Shown in pieces: positions 28,411-37,613 of a stretch of DNA of 64,000 nt (the stretch's first letter is position 1; each line of letters opens with the position of its first letter). The DNA is from an uncultured Gammaproteobacteria bacterium (lineage in GTDB: Bacteria > Pseudomonadota > Gammaproteobacteria > Arenicellales > CAJQKF01). The stretch is from contig CAJQKF010000034.1 in assembly GCA_905478855.1 (NCBI GenBank), forward strand, positions 2,633 to 66,632, read 5' to 3'. Below the pieces are notes generated by a model. It was not told the DNA's origin and did not search any database. It worked only from the letters and a program-made list of their open reading frames with translations. The position numbers and the translations under genes were made by a program.

Positions 28411-30471
28411 CTAGTCCAACCCTAACGCTTGTTTCCTTTGATTCGCCCAGGTACGTATTATTTGGTCTATTGCTAGACCGATAAAGGCCACACACAAACC
28501 TAGGATCAAGCCGTTACCAACACCTTGCCTATCGGAAAGAGAGCCAAGAATCAATTGACCCAAGTCGTCCGTGCCAATTAATGCCCCAATGATTACCATT
28601 GAAAGGGCAAACACTACGGTTTGATTTACTCCCAGTGCAAGATGGGGAAAAGACATTGGTAGTTCAATTGAGAAATAGCGTTGAATCCGGTTTACACCCG
28701 ACATCGAACCGGCATCGTGCAATGCTGCCGGTACACTTATCAACCCCTCAACCGTATAGCGGGTGGCGGGCACTGTTGTATAAACCACTATTGCAATAAG
28801 TACTGAAGTATCCGTAACGCCGAATAGCATCATTACTGGTATGAGGTAAATAAATGACGGAAAAGTTTGAAACGTATCACAAACTGTTAAGATAAAGCGT
28901 GTAGTAACTGGGTGCTGTGCACATAGCGTTCCGGCAACAATGCCGATTATGCTGGAAATAACTACGGCTAAACTTACTAAGTATGCGGTTATCAGAGCTC
29001 TATCCCACCATTCGGTTAGTGCTATGAAAAGGAGAAAACCACCAACACTTAACGCAACTCGTGTGCCGCCGACAATAAAACCTACTCCCATTACAAGCGT
29101 GAAGGTAGCGATCACTGGCATGCCGAGATAAGCTGTTTTTACCGGTACCAGAACATCAATAATCAACCACTCGTTAAATCCTTTCAATGAGTAAAAAAAC
29201 GTATCCCAGATCCAATCTACACCGGATTGCCAAAAGTCCTGAGTGGTAATGCCCTTGTTATGAGGAATCAAGTAGAGATAGTTAAAACCATCTTTGAAAA
29301 AGAACGAACCGATGTAAGCCAGAATAATGCCGGCTACAAATACAACCCCAAAAATAAGGGAAAATTTATTACGCTGTACAAAAGAAAGATCGGCAAAATA
29401 ATCGGTTTGCTTGTTTGCCCAGGCAAGTGATAAACGATCCAGCATTATTGCGATTAAAACAATGCAAACTCCCAGTTCCAGTGCCAGACCAATTCGAAGC
29501 CCGTTAAGTGCAATTAGTAAGTTATTGCCCAATCCTTTGGCACCTATTAAAGAAGCAATAACGACCATTGCAAGACACTGCATTATGACCTGATTGACAC
29601 CGATTAAGATGTCGCGACGTGCAGTAGGAATAAGGACCTTTAGTAGTAGTTGTCTGTTGTTACATCCGCTCATTAGACCTGCTTCGGCAACTTCGGGTGG
29701 CAGTTTCTTTAACCCTAATAAGGTTAATCGTACCATTGGTGGGGTAGCGAATATAACCGTTGCAATGGCGCCGGCGTGGTCTCCAATTCCAAAAAATATC
29801 ATGACTGGAATTAGATAGGAGAAATGTGGAACTATTTGTGCCACATTCAACAACGGATTCATTATAGTTTCCACTCTCCTGCTTCTGAATGCCCAAACAC
29901 CTAGAGCAAGACCCAGTAAGACCGATACCGGAGCCGCGATTAATACGAAGGACAGTGTTTCCATTGAAGGTTCCCACTGACCGAATAATGCAATATAGGC
30001 AAATGTGAAAAACACGAATAGAGCTAAACGTGGGCCCTTGAGTGCATAGCCAATAATTGTTGCTCCGCCTGCAACGACTGTCCAGGGTAGCGCTGGCCAC
30101 CTTGCCCAGGGGTTTGCTGTAGCCCATTCCCAACCCGAAAACGTCACTATGGTTTTTACGCCGCCTAGCATGATCTCGCGTATGAATTCGATCATGAAGA
30201 GAATTACACCAGAAAATGCCCGGGTAATTAAATTAACTAAAGGTTTTTGTTCAAATTCCTCAATGTCCGGATCCCAGACATCTATTAACCACCAATCAAA
30301 CAGTAGGTAGTTTACCGAGTCGTTTATTATGATTGGAAGCTGCTTGAGTAGTGGTGGAAACCTCCACAGAATATTGCTGTCGGATGGAGGTACAATCAAA
30401 CACAGTAAATAAAATACGACAAGTAGTAGCAGAAACTGCAAATACTTTCGCTCTTTAATCGTTGTGATCAT
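28411..30471 (-). CDS. glycine betaine/proline-type ABC transporter permease (ProW-like, duplicated two-module permease)
   Basis: 686 aa, highly hydrophobic, with two BPD_transp_1-type EAA regions (..AEAGLMSGCNNRQLLLKVLIP.. and ..HDAGSMSGVNRIQRYFSIELP..). Confidence 0.85.
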   Translation of the reverse strand: MITTIKERKYLQFLLLLVVFYLLCLIVPPSDSNILWRFPPLLKQLPIIINDSVNYLLFDWWLIDVWDPDIEEFEQKPLVNLITRAFSGVILFMIEFIREIMLGGVKTIVTFSGWEWATANPWARWPALPWTVVAGGATIIGYALKGPRLALFVFFTFAYIALFGQWEPSMETLSFVLIAAPVSVLLGLALGVWAFRSRRVETIMNPLLNVAQIVPHFSYLIPVMIFFGIGDHAGAIATVIFATPPMVRLTLLGLKKLPPEVAEAGLMSGCNNRQLLLKVLIPTARRDILIGVNQVIMQCLAMVVIASLIGAKGLGNNLLIALNGLRIGLALELGVCIVLIAIMLDRLSLAWANKQTDYFADLSFVQRNKFSLIFGVVFVAGIILAYIGSFFFKDGFNYLYLIPHNKGITTQDFWQSGVDWIWDTFFYSLKGFNEWLIIDVLVPVKTAYLGMPVIATFTLVMGVGFIVGGTRVALSVGGFLLFIALTEWWDRALITAYLVSLAVVISSIIGIVAGTLCAQHPVTTRFILTVCDTFQTFPSFIYLIPVMMLFGVTDTSVLIAIVVYTTVPATRYTVEGLISVPAALHDAGSMSGVNRIQRYFSIELPMSFPHLALGVNQTVVFALSMVIIGALIGTDDLGQLILGSLSDRQGVGNGLILGLCVAFIGLAIDQIIRTWANQRKQALGLD

Positions 30472-31544
30472 GATGACTGCTCACCTGACTTACCAGTATG
30501 TCCACCGAAAAGTACATTAACGACTTTGGATGCCGTCAATGACCCCACAATTGCCCCCTCCTCATTAATTACGGCAACTGGTTTACTTGAATTCAATATT
30601 GATTCGGCTACGGTTTCAATAATTGCATTTTTTGGAACCTTAAGGTCGGACATGTCTTGGGTCGGGTTAAATGGGTCCATTACCGATTCAATTTTCAGTA
30701 CCTTTTCTCGGGGTACTTCTTCTGTAAATTTTCGCACGTATTCTGTTGCAGGATTGAGAACTATATTTGCCGGTGTATCGAGTTGTTCAATAATACCGTC
30801 CTTCATAATTGCAATTCTATCCGCCAGTCTCAATGCTTCGTCGAAATCGTGGGTTACGAACAAAATTGTTTTACTTAACGCGCCTTGTAAACGCAAAAAT
30901 TCGTCCTGCATCTCTTTTCTGATTAAAGGATCTAATGCAGAGAAGGGCTCGTCTAGAAACCAGATATCTGGCTCAATAGCGAGTGAACGAGCTATGCCAA
31001 CACGTTGTTGTTGTCCGCCTGAAAGTTCTCTTGGGAAGTAATTCTCGCGACCGGTAAGACTTACCAGATCTACCATTTCTTTTGCTCGCTTAATACTTGC
31101 CTCAGTACTAATACCTTTTACCTGAAGTGGAAAAGCAATATTCTCCAAAACAGTTTTGTGGGGTAGAAGAGCGAAACTTTGAAAAACCATACCCATTTTA
31201 CTTCGACGCAACTCGATAAGCTGTTTGTCATTCATCGACAGGATATCTTCCCCATCTATATAAATTTTACCCCCAGTTGCATCCGTTAATCGGGAAATAC
31301 ACCGTAATAGGGTTGATTTACCAGACCCGGATAGGCCCATTATTATGAGCAGTTCTCCAGGGAAAACCTCAAATGATGCGTTATTAACCCCGACGATGCA
31401 TCCGGCTTCCTGGAATTTTGCAGCATCGACTATGCCATTCGAGGCATCCAGCATGTTCTTCGCGTTTGCGCCAAAAATTTTATATACCGAATCACAACGG
31501 ATGACCGGTGTGCTTGAAGACGATGTTTCTGCTTGTGACGTCAT
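30468..31544 (-). CDS. glycine betaine/proline-type ABC transporter ATP-binding protein (ProV-like, with C-terminal CBS region)
   Basis: Walker A GLSGSGKST, signature LSGGQQQRVGIARSL, Walker B IWFLDEPFSALD. ATGA overlap with the permease gene. Confidence 0.9.
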   Translation of the reverse strand: MTSQAETSSSSTPVIRCDSVYKIFGANAKNMLDASNGIVDAAKFQEAGCIVGVNNASFEVFPGELLIIMGLSGSGKSTLLRCISRLTDATGGKIYIDGEDILSMNDKQLIELRRSKMGMVFQSFALLPHKTVLENIAFPLQVKGISTEASIKRAKEMVDLVSLTGRENYFPRELSGGQQQRVGIARSLAIEPDIWFLDEPFSALDPLIRKEMQDEFLRLQGALSKTILFVTHDFDEALRLADRIAIMKDGIIEQLDTPANIVLNPATEYVRKFTEEVPREKVLKIESVMDPFNPTQDMSDLKVPKNAIIETVAESILNSSKPVAVINEEGAIVGSLTASKVVNVLFGGHTGKSGEQSS

Positions 31545-31621
31545 AAGTATGCTATGTGATTGATTGGTTTTATTGCTACTAAGTTACCACAAAATGGTAT
31601 CGTTATAGCGAATTGCTTGTT

Positions 31622-31657
31622 AAAAAAAACCCCCTGGATTCATGCTGCGCCAGGGGG
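31622..31657 (-). terminator. intrinsic terminator/attenuator between the binding-protein gene and the ATPase gene
   Basis: On the minus strand the 8-bp G/C stem CCCCCTGG..CCAGGGGG (31630-31637 / 31650-31657) is followed by T8 (31622-31629), 30 nt after the binding-protein stop. Confidence 0.65.
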
Positions 31658-31687
31658 TCGTTTGCTAAGGAACTAATCCCTTTCGGC

Positions 31688-32644
31688 TTACATGCCTGCC
31701 CAAGATTTCCAAACTGCTTCATTATCAGCCAGCCACTTTTTGCCGGCGTCTTTATGATCCATCTTATCGGTATCAACTAACGCGGCCATTTGACCAATTT
31801 GAGTGGTTGTGAATGATACCTGCGAATATGCTGTATACGCCGCCGGGTGAGTTTTTGGGAACTTGTAGTTCGCCGCCTTTTTTAACCAGCCCTTTGGTGA
31901 TCCGCAACTTCCGTCGCCACCATCAGCTTTACGACAGCCTTCGGTGTAGGGAGGGAATTCAATGAATGTGAAACCATCTGCATCAGTAAAGTTCGGAGTC
32001 CAGTTAAAAACAATAGTACCGCGACCTTCTTTCTTAGCAGACGCTAATTCTGTCCATAGTGCATCAGCACCACCAGCAAATTTAACTACCCACTTATCGG
32101 ATAAACCCAGTGCCTCTATACGTTCTGGCATTAGTTCACCGTGCCAACTTTGTGGTCCTTCTAACCAACGGCCTTTACCGCCAGAATCAGGTGTTGTAAA
32201 GTTTTCGTGGCAATCTTTCAGAGCTTCCCAGTTTGGTAAACCAGGGCATAAATCTTTTTCGATCACCCATGTTGGAACGCCCATTTCTTCAAGTGTTAGC
32301 GCCGCATGAGTTCCGGCATCAATTACACCACCTTTACCCATTGCATTGTAGAATGACTTGCCGAAAGATGATTTCCAAACTTCGTGAGAAATTGTTACAT
32401 CGCCGTTACGAATCGATTCATAGACCGCTTGAGAATCCGCTGGTACATACTCGACGTTGCTGCCCATTGCTTCAAACATTCCCCCAATTACATAGGCCAT
32501 TACAATTTGGCTTGACCAGTTATGTATTGGAATTACTATTGGAGCGGTGCTATCTGCTGCTTTTACCGCGCCCGTTGCTGACAGTAACGAAACACTACTC
32601 GCTATTACCAGTGTACGAATTGACTTGGATTTAAATAACTTCAT
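31688..32644 (-). CDS. glycine betaine-type ABC transporter substrate-binding protein (ProX/OpuAC-like)
   Basis: Signal peptide MKLFKSKSIRTLVIASSVSLLSATGAVKA. OpuAC-like length and W-rich binding region (IHNWSSQ, HEVWKS, VPTWV). First gene of the X-V-W operon. Confidence 0.8.
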   Translation of the reverse strand: MKLFKSKSIRTLVIASSVSLLSATGAVKAADSTAPIVIPIHNWSSQIVMAYVIGGMFEAMGSNVEYVPADSQAVYESIRNGDVTISHEVWKSSFGKSFYNAMGKGGVIDAGTHAALTLEEMGVPTWVIEKDLCPGLPNWEALKDCHENFTTPDSGGKGRWLEGPQSWHGELMPERIEALGLSDKWVVKFAGGADALWTELASAKKEGRGTIVFNWTPNFTDADGFTFIEFPPYTEGCRKADGGDGSCGSPKGWLKKAANYKFPKTHPAAYTAYSQVSFTTTQIGQMAALVDTDKMDHKDAGKKWLADNEAVWKSWAGM

Positions 32645-33077
32645 ATATATCTCCTCAGAATTATGGTGCTAGCACCGATGTTTGATCGTTGCGCATTAAA
32701 ATGCGAGGACTATGTTATAGGACTGGAATAATTTGTAAAGAGCATTTACCGTACCATTATTGCACCAATATTGTTATTTTGGCAGCAGATTACATGGGAA
32801 AACCATCTGTAAATACCTACAAATACTCGTTAAATAGCAGTTACAACTGATCTACGCATCTAATTTCAGCAATCAATTTTGTAAAGCAAATTTTCTAAAA
32901 ATGGGTGACAAGTATACCAATAACGACCCAAAATGAATTACAAAATACCTGTGCTCATTGTTTACCTCCAGCATTAGGTCAAATAAAGCGACTAGGAACT
33001 GTAGAATTATTAAACTTGACTCGTTTCAATCTTTAACCTCGATATAATTAAAATAGTCGATCTATAGAGAAACTACT

Positions 33078-34250
33078 ATGAAAACACAAATTTGCATTAT
33101 TGGTGGCGGGCCATCTGGTTTGTTGTTGGCCCAGCTTTTGAACAACAACGCAATTGATACGGTTGTTATCGAGAGACGAAACAAGGAGCATGTGTTGAGT
33201 CGAATTCGAGCCGGTGTGTTGGAGCAGGGGTTTTCGAAGATGATGCGTGATGCGGGCTGTGGCGAGCGCATGGACAAGGAAGGTGAGGTGCATTCTGGTT
33301 TTCAAATAGCGGATGGGAATCGGCTGAAGCGAATAGATTTGTCTAAGTTAACTGGGGGTCGAACAGTGATGGTGTACGGCCAGACCGAATTAACGCGTGA
33401 TTTGTATGATGCGCGTGAGCGGGCGAATGGGCTAACAATATACAATGTTGAGGACGTGAATTTAAACGATTTAACAACAGACGCTCCTGTTGTTGAGTTC
33501 TCAGTAAACGGGGAGACTGAACAGATTTACTGTGATTTAGTTGTTGGTGCTGATGGCTTTCACGGTGTTAGTCGTAAGTCGATTCCAAAGGGTAAACTGA
33601 CTGAACACGGGCGGACTTATCCGTTTGGCTGGTTAGGTATTCTCTCACGGACCAAGCCCGTCTCATCCGAGTTAGTTTATGCCCGGCACTCCCGTGGTTT
33701 TGCGCTTTGTTCTATGCGTAACAAATTGTTAAGTCGTTATTATATTCAAGTGCCGATTAGCGATTCTGTGGAAGACTGGAGTGATGATCGATTCTGGAAT
33801 GAGTTACGTTCACGGCTACCTGACAGTCTGCTGTCGTCACTTGAGACCGGCTCATCTATTGAAAAATCAATAGCACCACTTCGAAGTTATGTTGCGGAGC
33901 CAATGAGTTACGGGAATCTCTTTCTGGCAGGTGACGCTGCTCATATAGTGCCGCCAACTGGAGCAAAGGGCTTGAATTCCGCTGGAGCCGATATTTATTA
34001 TCTTTACCGTGCGATTCTTGATCGCTATCTTCGTGATGATAAAACTGGGTTAGATAATTACTCGTCCAAAGCTCTTACTCGAGTTTGGAAGACGCAACGA
34101 TTTAGTTGGTGGATGACGTCGCTTTTGCATGTCTTCCCAGAAGCGACCTCATTTGAAAAACGTCTTCAGGAATCGGAACTAAATTATTTATTGTCATCAG
34201 AAAATGCACTTTCATTGCTTGCAGAAAACTATGTTGGGTTACCGTATTAG
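33078..34250 (+). CDS. pobA: 4-hydroxybenzoate 3-monooxygenase
   Basis: MKTQICIIGGGPSGLLLAQLL....V.ER......RIRAGVLEQG is nearly collinear with Pseudomonas PobA. LFLAGDAAHIVPPTGAKGLN is also present. Confidence 0.9.
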   Translation: MKTQICIIGGGPSGLLLAQLLNNNAIDTVVIERRNKEHVLSRIRAGVLEQGFSKMMRDAGCGERMDKEGEVHSGFQIADGNRLKRIDLSKLTGGRTVMVYGQTELTRDLYDARERANGLTIYNVEDVNLNDLTTDAPVVEFSVNGETEQIYCDLVVGADGFHGVSRKSIPKGKLTEHGRTYPFGWLGILSRTKPVSSELVYARHSRGFALCSMRNKLLSRYYIQVPISDSVEDWSDDRFWNELRSRLPDSLLSSLETGSSIEKSIAPLRSYVAEPMSYGNLFLAGDAAHIVPPTGAKGLNSAGADIYYLYRAILDRYLRDDKTGLDNYSSKALTRVWKTQRFSWWMTSLLHVFPEATSFEKRLQESELNYLLSSENALSLLAENYVGLPY

Positions 34251-34393
34251 TGTTTTTTTTCAGTTATACGTTGCCTAACTTTCTTTTAGTAAGGGTGTGT
34301 ACCAGGTTCTGTTTATATAGAAATTACCCTTAAGGGCGCATTGGTAAAATTACAGTGTTCGACTTACTGTTATAAACGTACAGAACGTAGTTG

Positions 34394-34990
34394 TTAATTT
34401 GGGGGAAACCCAAGGGATATTCTAAAACGGTTCTTTATATGTACACCATCACGGGACGGCATCGTACGGGGTGGATTCTCCGTGCTGATCTTAATCACCG
34501 CGAAGTTTAAACTTTCGTTAGAGTGAATATGCTGACGTAAGGATTCGATTTCTTCTAAGGTGGTTAGCTGAACCGAATAATCGAACTCGCAGGCATGAGC
34601 AATTCTATCAAGTTGAATGCCCTTGCCGGCGTGGCTTTGCTGCATGCCGGTTTCTCCGTAATGACCATTATCTAGGACGACTATGGTTAGATTAGTTGGC
34701 CTTTGCACCGCAATTGTGGCTAATGCGCCTATACCCATAAGCATTTCACCGTCGCCAGTAATGACTAAAACCTTACGAGTAGGTTGGCTATTAGCCAAGC
34801 CTAGACCCACAGTAGCGGCACTCCCCATAGCGCCCCACAGGTAAAAATTATTGTTATGATCTCCTGCGGCATACACGTCGTATGTGGATGAACCTAATCC
34901 TGTAACAACGAGCATATCTTGGCGCTCTTTTAACAGTTTTCCCACAACGGAACGACGATTAGGAAATATTTTTTTGTTTAATTGTTCCAT
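34394..34990 (-). CDS. thiamine-diphosphate-dependent decarboxylase, beta subunit (sulfopyruvate/phosphonopyruvate decarboxylase family, ComE-like)
   Basis: GDGEMLMGIGALATI....NLTIVVLDNGHYGETG is the TPP-binding GDG..N motif. Likely start MEQLNKK at 34990, overlapping the alpha-subunit stop. Confidence 0.7.
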   Translation of the reverse strand: MEQLNKKIFPNRRSVVGKLLKERQDMLVVTGLGSSTYDVYAAGDHNNNFYLWGAMGSAATVGLGLANSQPTRKVLVITGDGEMLMGIGALATIAVQRPTNLTIVVLDNGHYGETGMQQSHAGKGIQLDRIAHACEFDYSVQLTTLEEIESLRQHIHSNESLNFAVIKISTENPPRTMPSRDGVHIKNRFRISLGFPPN

Positions 34991-35511
34991 TCCTTTTCCC
35001 CTATTAATTGCTGACCTAGAATAACCGCACAAGCGCTGTCACCATCGAAGGCCATTGTGGCTGCGCCACGAATGAGTTTTTCCACATCCTCTGCTTTGTC
35101 CGCGCGCCAGGTTATAACACCCATATGTTTTAAAATGGCTTCGGTTGCCTGTCCCATAGGGTTCTGCCAAGGATTAAATTCTGCCCAGTCGCCGCGCATA
35201 GTAATAATCATTAGCAACGGAAATCTGCCGCATGATTGGAGCGCCAATGTATTTATGCAATTTCCTATGCCGCTCGATTGAAGTAATAAAGCGCCACGTT
35301 CACCACCTAACCAGGCTCCTGCGAGATACCCAAGTCCTTCCTCTTCTGTTGTTAACATAACGCTGGTTGTTTTTATGTCTTCAATAGCTGCATTTATTGC
35401 AACTGTATGTCCAGCATCGGGGACATATGCAATATGCTTAATATTGCATGCCTTTAGTGTAGGAAAAACAAGACCCTGCCAATTGTTGGTATTTCTATCA
35501 TCGGTATGCAT
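34978..35511 (-). CDS. thiamine-diphosphate-dependent decarboxylase, alpha subunit (ComD-like)
   Basis: 177 aa TPP pyrimidine-binding domain (YVPDAGH...TTEEEGLGYLAGAWLGG.RGALLLQSSG.GN). Split alpha/beta organisation. Confidence 0.7.
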   Translation of the reverse strand: MHTDDRNTNNWQGLVFPTLKACNIKHIAYVPDAGHTVAINAAIEDIKTTSVMLTTEEEGLGYLAGAWLGGERGALLLQSSGIGNCINTLALQSCGRFPLLMIITMRGDWAEFNPWQNPMGQATEAILKHMGVITWRADKAEDVEKLIRGAATMAFDGDSACAVILGQQLIGEKEWNN

Positions 35512-35744
35512 TATTTACCCGCATGTTAATTTGCTCGATGCTTGTAGTACATCATATCTGATACCCACGTGGAATACGTGGCTGGAGAAAGAATAGTAAA
35601 CCTAGCTTTACGGTGATTCTTTCGTTGGGCCTATTTGTAGTTAATGGTTCTCGAAAGAACGTAAAAAATTGATCTAAGTCAATGGGAAATAAAACTAATA
35701 GTGCATAATACAGTGATTGAAACTGTTAAGAGTGAGTATAAGAG

Positions 35745-36560
35745 ATGGCTATAAAAGATCTTCTAATTTACCTGGATAATGACGATTCATGCGATTGTCG
35801 AATTGCAAACGGAATAAATGTTTCACGTCACTATGGTGCCCACATAACAGGGCTTTATGTAATGCCAATGATGCAAGTACATGCCTATCCCTATGCATAT
35901 TTACCAAGTAGCGTTTTTGAAAGCTTTGACGCGAGAGCGAAAGAATCCTGTGAATCTGCTCAGGAGTTATTTAATGCTAAAACGGCGGCTGACGACGTTT
36001 CTGGTGAGGTGAAAGTAGTTAGTCATGGTGCAACTGATCAACTAAACAGATATAGTCGATACTCAGATTTATTAATTGTACCTGCTAATTCTAAGCCCGA
36101 ATCTAAAATAAACCTAAGTTACTTTTTGACGGATGTATTATTTGGCGCCGCCTGTCCTGTGCTTATGATGCCTGAAAAAGACAGTATAATTTCGCTTCCA
36201 TTAGAACGTATTGTTGTTGCATGGGATGGTAGTAGGGAGGCGTCGCGTGCATTGGGTGCGGCTATGATGGCTTTTCCGGATGTGTCAGTGTTTGATATCG
36301 TTACCGTCTCCGGTAATGAAAAAGATGCTGAAGCAATTGTTACGTATCTAGTCCGGCACAATAAAGTGGCAAATGTGCATTTATCTAATAGTGCCTCGAG
36401 TCATGTGGGTGAAGAGATACTAAGACAAACTTCACTATTGGGCGGTCAGTTGTTAGTAATGGGCGCATATGGACACTCGAGATTGCGGGAGCAAATACTT
36501 GGAGGCGTAACGAAGCATGTTTTGGAAAATGCTGAAATACCCATATTTTTCAGCCACTAA
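35745..36560 (+). CDS. universal stress protein (tandem UspA domains)
   Basis: 271 aa with two Usp-like halves. The C-terminal half carries LLVMGAYGHSRLREQILGGVT. Confidence 0.75.
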   Translation: MAIKDLLIYLDNDDSCDCRIANGINVSRHYGAHITGLYVMPMMQVHAYPYAYLPSSVFESFDARAKESCESAQELFNAKTAADDVSGEVKVVSHGATDQLNRYSRYSDLLIVPANSKPESKINLSYFLTDVLFGAACPVLMMPEKDSIISLPLERIVVAWDGSREASRALGAAMMAFPDVSVFDIVTVSGNEKDAEAIVTYLVRHNKVANVHLSNSASSHVGEEILRQTSLLGGQLLVMGAYGHSRLREQILGGVTKHVLENAEIPIFFSH

Positions 36561-36677
36561 TTTGTTATGTCTACGTGTTTAGGTAAGGCATGCCTATTTA
36601 TTGTTATGTGAAAAATTAGCCATGTACGAATGTACATATAAAATTTTTCTGAACTATTATGCTGAATATCGAAACTG

Positions 36678-37613
36678 TCATTCGTTTAGATAACTTTGTG
36701 CCAAATCAACGGCTGTTGCTATAAAATGTTGTTGTCGATGGATAGAACCGGGTTCATTTATACGAGGGATTATCCATCCCACATAGGTAAGTGCCCGTAG
36801 CACTAGAAAAAGCGGAAGTAGGGTTGCATCAAGCTGGCGAATCTTACGATAGCCCTGAATCAGGGCTATCTGTAAATTAGCAAAATCGACTTCTTGGCGA
36901 TTCTTGATTAACGCTGTTGCAACATCAAATAGACGAAAACCAAAGCCACTATCATCAAAATCAATAAACTGTATTTTAGAATTGTCTAGCAGTATATTTT
37001 CATGAATTAAATCGGCGTGAATTAGACCGTAGTCAATATTGCAATCATGCAATATTGATTGGGCCTTTTCTCTCACCTGTAACAGTAGTGTTTGTTGTTG
37101 TTGCGTTAAATAAGTATTTTCCCAAAACTTCCCCCATACTGGATTTTCTCCGATAAGACCGTTTTGATTCCACTTATTACGTTCAAAGTCTTCAGGTAGT
37201 AACCAATTATCGGATGCGAGATGTATTCGGGCCATCGTTTCTCCAATTGAATAGAACGTGCTCTGACGGTCAAGGAGATCTAAAGGCTCACCAGTAACGC
37301 CCAGTTGTCGCCCATAAAGCCACGTTAATAAATCAATGCTATATCCATTGGAATTAACCAGAATAGAACCATCACCAGATGCAACTGGTTTTGGAACTTG
37401 TAACCCTTCGTGATGTAGATGAAGCAACCACTTTAATTCAGATAAGATAGCCTCATTTGATTGATAATTTGGTCGATGTAACCTTAGTGCGTAATAGCTT
37501 CCATTGTTATCAGTTACTTTTAGGACAATATTTTCCCGCTGCGCAATTAATGCAATATCTACAACCATAATGTTCCACGATTTTAAAGCTTGTCGTGCGA
37601 TATCGAGAATCAT
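36678..37613 (-). CDS. phosphotransferase (APH / homoserine-kinase type II / hydroxylysine-kinase-like)
   Basis: LIHADLIHENILLD (HxDxxxxN) and FIDFDDSGFG motifs. ATGA overlap with the upstream aminotransferase gene. Confidence 0.75.
   Translation of the reverse strand: MILDIARQALKSWNIMVVDIALIAQRENIVLKVTDNNGSYYALRLHRPNYQSNEAILSELKWLLHLHHEGLQVPKPVASGDGSILVNSNGYSIDLLTWLYGRQLGVTGEPLDLLDRQSTFYSIGETMARIHLASDNWLLPEDFERNKWNQNGLIGENPVWGKFWENTYLTQQQQTLLLQVREKAQSILHDCNIDYGLIHADLIHENILLDNSKIQFIDFDDSGFGFRLFDVATALIKNRQEVDFANLQIALIQGYRKIRQLDATLLPLFLVLRALTYVGWIIPRINEPGSIHRQQHFIATAVDLAQSYLNE

Noticed and set aside
30526-31041. Long antisense or alternative-frame ORFs inside well-supported genes. Examples: 30526-31041 in proV, 29660-30133 in proW, 39636-40076 in the SPFH gene, 48798-49292 in clpB, 6816-7175 in tdh.
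   Set aside because: All lie fully within strongly supported genes, have low-complexity Ser/Ala/Arg-rich translations and show no independent signals. They are typical shadow ORFs.
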